Source of the DNA: Alistipes sp. | Lineage (GTDB): Bacteria > Bacteroidota > Bacteroidia > Bacteroidales > Rikenellaceae | Direction: 5' to 3' | NCBI GenBank assembly: GCA_020026375.1 | Contig: JAHHQN010000011.1 | Coordinates: 567-64,566, forward strand | Length of the DNA: 64,000 nucleotides | Part shown: one piece after another, positions 36,611 to 43,267 of the stretch | Numbering within the stretch: position 1 is the first letter of the stretch | Layout of the letters: every line of letters starts with the position of its first letter | Notes under the pieces: generated by a model | Told to the model about the DNA's origin: nothing | Seen by the model: the letters and a program-made list of their open reading frames with translations, nothing else | Database searches by the model: none | Translations under genes and position numbers: made by a program

Positions 36611-36684
36611 GGCGCCGTAGCTTAATTGAATAGAGCATTTGACTACGGATCAAAAGGTTACAGGTTTGAGTCCTGTCGGCGTCA
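36611..36684 (+). tRNA. tRNA-Arg (anticodon ACG), copy 1
   Basis: 74-nt cloverleaf folded by hand: acceptor GGCGCCG/CGGCGTC, D-stem GCTT/GAGC, anticodon stem TTTGA/TCAAA, loop CTACGGA, 5-nt variable loop, T-stem ACAGG/CCTGT. No encoded CCA. Confidence 0.9.
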
Positions 36685-36689
36685 CTGAA

Positions 36690-36720
36690 ACGACTTACAG
36701 TTACTGTGAGTCGTTTTTTT
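36690..36720 (+). terminator. Rho-independent terminator of tRNA-Arg copy 1
   Basis: 11-bp stem ACGACTTACAG/CTGTGAGTCGT with one G-U pair and loop TTA, followed by T7. Confidence 0.75.
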
Positions 36721-37030
36721 GTATCCCCACCCCAAGGTATGCCGAAGACCGACGCGCAGGGCGGACGACAAGACGGCGGAAAGCCAACGCACAAAGCGGA
36801 CGACGGAGGTCGAAGAGACAATGCGCAGGGCGGAAGACAAAAGTGCAAAGAGCGACAGACTTCCCGCGACACAAGGCCGCAAAGGCCGCCCCTCCGCCCT
36901 TATGCGGAACACTTGCCACGGCAACTCCCCTCTGTCGGCCGAAAACGAGTTGCAAAATCGGCAAAAAAGTGCATCAAATTGTCAGAAAAGTTGATTTAAA
37001 TCTTCAAAAAGTAAAATTATCACCCTAAAA

Positions 37031-37062
37031 TTTGCAGGATTAAAATTTTTGTTCTACATTTG
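37031..37062 (+). promoter_or_regulatory. Bacteroides-type promoter of tRNA-Arg copy 2
   Basis: -33 TTTG at 37031-37034, a 20-nt spacer, then -7 TACATTTG at 37055-37062. The geometry matches copy 1. Confidence 0.65.
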
Positions 37063-37081
37063 CACCTGCAAACGTGAAAAT

Positions 37082-37155
37082 GGCGCCGTAGCTTAATTGA
37101 ATAGAGCATTTGACTACGGATCAAAAGGTTACAGGTTTGAGTCCTGTCGGCGTCA
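37082..37155 (+). tRNA. tRNA-Arg (anticodon ACG), copy 2, identical to copy 1
   Basis: The 74 nt are identical to 36611-36684. Confidence 0.9.
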
Positions 37156-37161
37156 CTGAAA

Positions 37162-37192
37162 ACGACTTACAGTTACTGTGAGTCGTTTTTTT
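37162..37192 (+). terminator. Rho-independent terminator of tRNA-Arg copy 2
   Basis: Same hairpin as 36690-36720, followed by T7. Confidence 0.75.
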
Positions 37193-37235
37193 GTACCCCT
37201 ACCCCAAGGAGGAGGAGGAGGATATTCATATTCGC

Positions 37236-37279
37236 AAAAAAAAGAGGACGGGACTCCCGTCTCATGGAGTCCCGTCCTC
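37236..37279 (-). terminator. Rho-independent terminator of the S46 peptidase gene
   Basis: Perfect 14-bp stem GAGGACGGGACTCC/GGAGTCCCGTCCTC (37244-37257 and 37266-37279). On the minus strand it is followed by T8. Confidence 0.8.
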
Positions 37280-37303
37280 AGCACTGCGGATTCCGCGGCC
37301 ACG

Positions 37304-39478
37304 CTATCGCAGCTGCATCTCAGAAATCAGATATCCTGCATCGGCATATTTCTCAATCACCCACATCACATAACGGATATCGACACACACCGTGCGCGAC
37401 AGTTCGGGGTGAAACCACACATCGCCCGCCATCGACTCGCGGTTGCCGTCGAACGCCAGACCAATCAGCTCGCCGCGTCCGTTCAGCACGGGGCTGCCCG
37501 AATTACCGCCCGTGATGTCGTTGTCGGTGATGAAGTTGACGTAGAGCCGTCCCTTCTCGCCCCAGCGTCCCCAATCCTCATCGGCCACCAGTCCGCGCAT
37601 GCGGTCGCTCATCTCCCACTCATACTGCGAGGGATTCCACTTCTGGGCAAAACCCTCGGCGGTCGAACGCGACGCCTTCCACACCCCGTCGGAGGGGTGC
37701 AAATCGCGCACACGGCCATACGACAGACGCATCGTGGAGTTGGCATTGGGATATTGGGCGATGCCGTGGGCCTCGCGGTAGTCATAGAGCATGTGGCCGT
37801 AGTCGCGCTCGCAGACGTGGAGGTCACAACCGGCCGACCGCTTCTCACAGGCCATCACCGCCCCCGTGAAGCGGACGGTCTGCACCGAGGCGGCCAGCTT
37901 CACCAGCGGATCCTGCAACACCTCGTCGATGCTCCTCTCGCGCGACAGATACTCCTTGTAACGCTCGGCCGACGAGCAGAACGAGGCAGCAAAGGCCTGC
38001 TCCATCATCAGCTCCACATTGCCCCCGGCAGCATCGTAAAGTTCTTCGAAGCCTTTACCCCACATCTTGCGCGGCACATGGGTCGCGAAGTTGCGCACCA
38101 TGCGCTTCATCAGGTCAAGCTCCGTGGCCGCGTCGTAGTTCTTCTCCAGCTTGGGGCAGGAGCGGCACAGGTCGCGCGAATCCTCATCGTCGGGCGACAT
38201 CACGCTGCGGTGGGTGCGCTGCAATTTCAGCAGGTGGCTGTTGATACGGTTGGCCACCAGAATCGGCGCGGAGGGTCCCAGCCATGTCTCGCGAAAATAG
38301 TTCAGGTGGGTCTGTGCCTCGCGGCGCAGGTCATAGCTGCGGCGCAAGGTCGACAACACCTGACCGTACTGCGCACGGCGGGCGGTGTCCTCCTCCACCC
38401 ACATCTGCACCTCGCGCTCCTCGGCACGCCGCAAATCGGCCACCCCGAAGCGGTGGAGACAGATGTTCTCCCACTTGGCATAGTCGGCGAAGTTGCTCAA
38501 CGAGAAGAAGGCATCGGAATATTTCACCCTCACCTCGGGGTCGCGCTCCATGTGGCGGCGGATAATCTCCATACGCTCGTGGCGGTTCTCCACCACGATG
38601 GGATTGGTGACATGCTCCTTCTCGGCAATGGCATACGACGAGGCGTAACGCTTCGTACGTCCCGGATAGCCGATGACCAACGCACAGTCGTTGTCGCGCA
38701 CTCCGCGCGAGGAGATTTGCAGCACCCTGCGCGGACGGAGCGGCACATTTTCGCGGCTGTACTCCGCCGGACGTCCCTCCTTCGAGGCATAGACGCGGTA
38801 GATGGTGAAATCGCCCTTGTGCTGCGGCCAGCTCCAGTTGTCGTAGTCACCGCCGAAAGCGGCGATGTTGCGCGGCGGAGCGGCCACCAGACGCACGTCC
38901 TTATAGACATCGTAGTAGTAGAGGAAGGTCTTGCGGCCGTGCCACATGGGCATGCACGCCACCTCGCAGTCGGTGGTGGGGGCATACTTCTTCTCGATGG
39001 TGGACACCACCCTGCGCATCGACATCATGCCCCACTTGCCGCACGACTTCAGGTGACGAATCAGGGAGTCGGCCTCCGCGGTCACATCGACCACACGGCG
39101 CAGGAACTGCACGGTCTTGCCCGCGATGGGAATCTCCTCCTCGCGCGAACGCGCCCAGAAGCCCTGCTCCAGATAATTGCACTCCACGGTCGAGAGCGCG
39201 CAGATGTCGCTGTATGCCACATGGTGGTTGGTAATCATGAGTCCCTCTTCCGAAATCATGCTGCCGGTACCCATACCGCCGTCGACGGCCACCACGGCGG
39301 CCGCCACACCACCGTCACGCTCGTTGTAAATCTCGTGCAGCGGAAGCTTCACTCCCCGATGGCGCAGTTGGGGATAGATTTTTTCGAGGTGCTGAATCAG
39401 CCACATGCCCTCGTCGGCCTGTGCCGCACCTCCGAGGAGCAGCACCGCCAGCAGCGAACAAAACAGTTTTCTATACAT
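37304..39478 (-). CDS. S46-family dipeptidyl-peptidase (DPP7-like)
   Basis: ATG at 39478 gives MYRKLFCSLLAVLLLGGAAQADEGMWL. Catalytic context ITNHHV and TGGNSGSPVLNGRGELIGLAFDG. 724 aa. The track start at 39520 would lie inside the upstream terminator. Confidence 0.9.
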   Translation of the reverse strand: MYRKLFCSLLAVLLLGGAAQADEGMWLIQHLEKIYPQLRHRGVKLPLHEIYNERDGGVAAAVVAVDGGMGTGSMISEEGLMITNHHVAYSDICALSTVECNYLEQGFWARSREEEIPIAGKTVQFLRRVVDVTAEADSLIRHLKSCGKWGMMSMRRVVSTIEKKYAPTTDCEVACMPMWHGRKTFLYYYDVYKDVRLVAAPPRNIAAFGGDYDNWSWPQHKGDFTIYRVYASKEGRPAEYSRENVPLRPRRVLQISSRGVRDNDCALVIGYPGRTKRYASSYAIAEKEHVTNPIVVENRHERMEIIRRHMERDPEVRVKYSDAFFSLSNFADYAKWENICLHRFGVADLRRAEEREVQMWVEEDTARRAQYGQVLSTLRRSYDLRREAQTHLNYFRETWLGPSAPILVANRINSHLLKLQRTHRSVMSPDDEDSRDLCRSCPKLEKNYDAATELDLMKRMVRNFATHVPRKMWGKGFEELYDAAGGNVELMMEQAFAASFCSSAERYKEYLSRERSIDEVLQDPLVKLAASVQTVRFTGAVMACEKRSAGCDLHVCERDYGHMLYDYREAHGIAQYPNANSTMRLSYGRVRDLHPSDGVWKASRSTAEGFAQKWNPSQYEWEMSDRMRGLVADEDWGRWGEKGRLYVNFITDNDITGGNSGSPVLNGRGELIGLAFDGNRESMAGDVWFHPELSRTVCVDIRYVMWVIEKYADAGYLISEMQLR

Positions 39479-39498
39479 ACAAAATCCGGTTTTTTTTG

Positions 39499-39546
39499 AT
39501 AAAAAAATCCGTAACGACACCTTCCACTCTTCGTGTCGCTACGGAT
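39499..39546 (-). terminator. Rho-independent terminator of the polyferredoxin gene
   Basis: 14-bp stem ATCCGTAGCGACAC/GTGTCGTTACGGAT with one G-U pair (39507-39520 and 39533-39546). On the minus strand it is followed by TTTTTTTAT. Confidence 0.75.
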
Positions 39547-39566
39547 AGGGTCACACCCACGGGTTG

Positions 39567-41528
39567 TTACTCGGTGAGTGTATGTCCTTCTTTCTTGAAC
39601 TCCAGTTTGGGAGCCATCTCCTTGGTCGAGCCGTCGACCATGTGAATGGTCCACGAGGGGGCGTTGAAAATCTCGTTCCAGATTTTGGCATCGTCCCACA
39701 TGGTGGTCACATAGGTCAGACGCAGAACGGGCATCGTACCCTTGAGCGCAACGTCGATGGACAGGATACCCTCCTTGCCCGACAGGAAGCTCTTGAAGTA
39801 GGGGAAACCGCTTCTCACGGGCAGATGCTCGATGGCCTTATACTCCAGCTCGTAGACCGCACGCGGATATTTCGTCTCGTCGGCACACGCCTCGATGTGT
39901 TTCGAATAGCGGCCCGAGAGTGCCTTGATTTCGCGGAACATCACCTCGATGAACTCCTGAGAGGGAATCGTGCCGGCCTCCTTGTAACTTCTCAATTCGT
40001 TGTGCATGGGGAACACCTTGTCCTCCTTCTTGGTGTGGAAGACCAGCTCCTCGGCCTCGATGACCTCACGCAGGTACTCCTCGCTCATCTCGGCGGCGGG
40101 GTCACAATAGAGCGTCACGTCAACAGGACACGAGAATTCGGCCGAGAAACCGTAGATGCCCTTCACCTGCTGGAGAGCCATGCCGAAGTAGACCAAATCC
40201 ATACGGTCGTGGAGACCCTCGACACCCAGTTTCAGCACCTTGAGCGAGGGCATGTCGGGCGAGGGGTTCCTGTATTTACGGGTCATGGGCGTAAAGAGCG
40301 CACGCTTGAGGTTGACGGTGTCGGTCAGTCGTCCGTCGTAGAAAATCTCCACACCGTGACGGCGCACGAAGGTCTTGAGACCCACCACACCCTGCATCTT
40401 GCGCATCTTCATGGCCAGTGCGCTCGACGAACCGTAGCACTTGATGGACTGCAAGCCGTCGAGACTGTAACTCTTGAGGTGCTGCTCACTCTCCAGCTGC
40501 TCGTAGTTGCCCCACTTGACATCGATGGTAGGCAGCTCGACCGTACGGCCCAGCACCACGGCAATGGCAAACAACACCACCGTCATCGCCAGAGGCAGGT
40601 AGCGCAGCGAACGGCGGCCACCCACCTGCAAGGCATCGGTGTGGCACGACGACACACACTCGCCGCACAGGGTGCAGTCGATGTGACGTACCGAGGTCAG
40701 ATTCTGCACGCCGATACCATAGGGACACTTCTTCTGGCAGAGTCCGCAACCGTTGCAGGCATCGGTGTCGCGCACGATGGTCATCACCGGTGCGCCCCAG
40801 CTGCGGAGCGTGAAGATTTCGAGCAGGGCGGCGGCGATGCACACCAGCGCCAGAATCCACACCCACGCGTTTTCAATGCCGGCCAGTCCCAGAATCCATG
40901 CCGCAAGGCCTGCAATGACCAGCAGGAAGAAATATTTGAAGATATTGCTTGCCGCACCCAGCGGACAGATGTAACGGCACCAGAACATCTTGACGAAGAA
41001 GCCGCCCACAAAAAGCAGGGCGATGGTCACCAGCGACATCCACAACACGATTTCGCCCTGGAACCCCGTAGCCATGGCATAGAAGGGGTCGAGCTTCTTG
41101 CAGAACAGCTCGCTGGTGAGGAACGTGTTGTAGAGAATGGTGAACAGCAGCGCGTATTTCACACCGCGCAGCAGACGGTCGGCCACGCTGCCCGAAGTGA
41201 TTTCCACCTGCACCTTGAGTTTCCGACCCACACGCGACATCGCCTCGCCCAACGTACCCAGCGGACAGAGATAGCCGCAGAAGAGTTTGGAGAAGAGAAT
41301 CACGCCGGCAGCCAGCACCAGGCCCATGGCAATCTGCACCATCGACATCGAGCAGGCCAGCGAATTGTTAATCAGGAAAGTACCGAAGGCCTGAAGACCT
41401 CCGAACGGGCAATATTTCTCAACATCGACCGCCTGCTCTCCCACTGCCGCCCACACCACGGTGACGACAATCGACAACAAGACTCCCCACTGAAGCAGGA
41501 GTCTGGGATAATTGTGTTTGCGTTTCAT
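39567..41528 (-). CDS. Membrane polyferredoxin (NapH/CcoG-like, COG0348-type) fused to a C-terminal domain of about 320 aa with three HMA-like repeats
   Basis: ATG at 41528 gives MKRKHNYPRLLLQWGVLL..., 653 aa. Contains CPFGG, CGYLCPLG and CRYICPLG motifs in TM regions, then CNGCGLCQKKCP and CTLCGECVSSC clusters, then one more TM and a soluble C-terminal region. Confidence 0.8.
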   Translation of the reverse strand: MKRKHNYPRLLLQWGVLLSIVVTVVWAAVGEQAVDVEKYCPFGGLQAFGTFLINNSLACSMSMVQIAMGLVLAAGVILFSKLFCGYLCPLGTLGEAMSRVGRKLKVQVEITSGSVADRLLRGVKYALLFTILYNTFLTSELFCKKLDPFYAMATGFQGEIVLWMSLVTIALLFVGGFFVKMFWCRYICPLGAASNIFKYFFLLVIAGLAAWILGLAGIENAWVWILALVCIAAALLEIFTLRSWGAPVMTIVRDTDACNGCGLCQKKCPYGIGVQNLTSVRHIDCTLCGECVSSCHTDALQVGGRRSLRYLPLAMTVVLFAIAVVLGRTVELPTIDVKWGNYEQLESEQHLKSYSLDGLQSIKCYGSSSALAMKMRKMQGVVGLKTFVRRHGVEIFYDGRLTDTVNLKRALFTPMTRKYRNPSPDMPSLKVLKLGVEGLHDRMDLVYFGMALQQVKGIYGFSAEFSCPVDVTLYCDPAAEMSEEYLREVIEAEELVFHTKKEDKVFPMHNELRSYKEAGTIPSQEFIEVMFREIKALSGRYSKHIEACADETKYPRAVYELEYKAIEHLPVRSGFPYFKSFLSGKEGILSIDVALKGTMPVLRLTYVTTMWDDAKIWNEIFNAPSWTIHMVDGSTKEMAPKLEFKKEGHTLTE

Positions 41529-41565
41529 CAGTATTGTAATGTTTGTTTTGTGTCTGTTCCTCATG

Positions 41566-41573
41566 CAAAGATA
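41566..41573 (-). promoter_or_regulatory. -7 box TATCTTTG, candidate promoter of the polyferredoxin gene
   Basis: The plus strand reads CAAAGATA at 41566-41573, about 38 nt upstream of the ATG at 41528. This supports that start over the track start at 41609. Confidence 0.55.
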
Positions 41574-41576
41574 CGA

Positions 41577-41619
41577 AAATAAAAAACCACACGGGACGAT
41601 TTTCATCATTCCCGCATGG
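41577..41619 (-). terminator. Terminator at the end of the TonB-receptor operon
   Basis: 10-bp stem CCATGCGGGA/TCCCGTGTGG with two G-U pairs (41587-41596 and 41610-41619). On the minus strand it is followed by TTTTTTATTTT. The plus-strand side also has T6. Confidence 0.6.
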
Positions 41620-41654
41620 TTTTTTATCGGTGATGGGTCGCTTTTGCGCCGTTA

Positions 41655-43241
41655 TCAGTCCTTCACACAACGTACGGGAGCCGCACCGTGGGCTATCTGA
41701 TTAGCCACGGTCAGACGGTTGTAAGTAGTGTTGTAGGTGACCATGGCAGCCTTGTAGGTAATTTTCTTGATGCCCGAAGTCGGATTGTCCTTGGTGTTGA
41801 AGTCAATCGACAGACCGGTCGAGCTGGCGAAGAAAGCCATGCCGAACGCACCGGCCTCGGCCTTCGACTCCACAGCCAGATAGACGGGAGCGACCGCAGC
41901 AGTGGCACCGTTGATATAGCCGTAGCCCTTGACGTTCATGCCGGCCTCGTTCATCAGCGGCAGGTAGGCACCCTTCTGATCGTCGGTATAGAAGGGCGAA
42001 CCCATGTCGGTCACCTTACGCCAGTCGGCCTCGGTGGGAATATGCCAGCCCTTGGGGCAGATACCCTGCACACCCTCGTATTGGTTGTAGTTCTCGGCGG
42101 TGAACTTCTCACCGGCGATACCCAGCAGCACGGGATAGCTGTAATAGTAACCGTCGGTAGCCACGCGCGAAGCGTCGGCCTCCTTGTTCAGATTACAGGG
42201 CAACCACACACCGCTGCCGTCGGCGGGATTCGACGATGCGGTCTTGCCTGCGGGCAGGTAGCGGAGGTTCTCGGCCATCCACACCTGACCGTTGGAGAGG
42301 GTCACGGTCTTGTACTTCACACCGCCCCACTCCACGACATTCTCGTCGGTGGGCGTCTCGCCGCCGTCGATAACGAGGTCATCGCCGTCGACCCACTGGT
42401 CGATGGGACCCGAAAAAGCCACCTTGATGCCGGCCGGCTCGACATTGGTCGACAGACGACGGTTCTCACCCGACTTGAGGTCGGTGGTCTGCAACGAGTA
42501 GGTGCGTACGGCACCGTCGGCAGTGGTAATCTTCACATTCATCTTTACACCGTTCTGGGGCATGATGAGCGCATAGTACATCTTGCCGGCAGTAGCGGTA
42601 TGGGCCACCACGCTCATGGGAGCGGCACCGCTCTTCACGGTCACCTCGCCGTTGTCGAGGTTGACGGTACCCTCACCTGCGACACCCTCAATCTCAACCT
42701 TCGACACCTCGGAACCCGAAGTGTTGGACTTGATGTCGATAATCAGACGCGCCATCTTGTGCTTGAAGGTCATCTGTGTGGCCACCTTCGAAGGAGCCAC
42801 ACCCGACTTCACGGCAATGATGAGGTCGCTCTGCATGTATCCCTCGCCGCTCTGGTCGGCCTTCACCGCAAACTCGGCAGGCAGTGCAGCCCCCTCGGTG
42901 TAGGGATAGTAGGCAAAGAGGTCGGAGGTGCGGTTGATGTCCTCATACCAGGTCTTCGACGAGGTGAACACACCCTGTGCGGCATCGTAGACCATCGGCT
43001 CGTTGGAGAGGAACTCCTCGCCGTTGTCGGTCATCTTCACCCGCAGACCCACCTTGTCGCCCTGCTCGAAGTCGGTATCCGACACACGGGTAGCCTGCCG
43101 GGGCATCACATGAGGATTGGCAATGGTGGGATTGATGCTCAGACGCATCTGACCGCCCAGCACCGCCTCCTCGTCATTCGAACAGCCGGCCAGCAACATT
43201 GCGGCGGCCGCCATGGAGAAAAGAATCTTTTTCATAGTCAT
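41655..43241 (-). CDS. Surface lipoprotein: fimbrillin-like N-terminal region fused to a C-terminal FISUMP (Fibrobacter succinogenes major paralogous) domain
   Basis: 528 aa. Lipobox LLAGC followed by SNDEE. The N-terminal part has FEQGDKVGL...LFAYYPY. The C-terminal part has GQVWMAENLRY...GICPKGWHIPTEADW. An alternative ATG exists at 43235. Confidence 0.75.
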   Translation of the reverse strand: MTMKKILFSMAAAAMLLAGCSNDEEAVLGGQMRLSINPTIANPHVMPRQATRVSDTDFEQGDKVGLRVKMTDNGEEFLSNEPMVYDAAQGVFTSSKTWYEDINRTSDLFAYYPYTEGAALPAEFAVKADQSGEGYMQSDLIIAVKSGVAPSKVATQMTFKHKMARLIIDIKSNTSGSEVSKVEIEGVAGEGTVNLDNGEVTVKSGAAPMSVVAHTATAGKMYYALIMPQNGVKMNVKITTADGAVRTYSLQTTDLKSGENRRLSTNVEPAGIKVAFSGPIDQWVDGDDLVIDGGETPTDENVVEWGGVKYKTVTLSNGQVWMAENLRYLPAGKTASSNPADGSGVWLPCNLNKEADASRVATDGYYYSYPVLLGIAGEKFTAENYNQYEGVQGICPKGWHIPTEADWRKVTDMGSPFYTDDQKGAYLPLMNEAGMNVKGYGYINGATAAVAPVYLAVESKAEAGAFGMAFFASSTGLSIDFNTKDNPTSGIKKITYKAAMVTYNTTYNRLTVANQIAHGAAPVRCVKD

Positions 43242-43267
43242 TGATATTTTAAATCGTTATTTTTCCT

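Noticed and set aside
36445-37303. Integrated mobile element or genomic-island junction at the duplicated tRNA-Arg. Also small ORFs at 36504-36872, 36639-37028, 36701-36964, 36706-36999 and 36719-36994.
   Set aside because: There is no integrase, no partial-tRNA direct repeat typical of att sites (both copies are full length with their own promoters), and only about 310 nt between copies. The ORFs overlap each other and the tRNA and encode low-complexity strings.
41529-41654. Polyferredoxin as the fifth gene of the TonB-receptor operon.
   Set aside because: The 126-nt gap contains a hairpin plus T-run terminator (41577-41619) and then a TATCTTTG promoter box (41566-41573). Separate transcription is therefore more likely, and functional linkage remains only a positional hypothesis.
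41655-41900. Diversity-generating retroelement targeting the lectin-like FISUMP C-terminus.
   Set aside because: No reverse transcriptase gene and no nearby template-repeat copy of the gene's 3' end is visible in the window. A terminator and an unrelated polyferredoxin gene follow directly.
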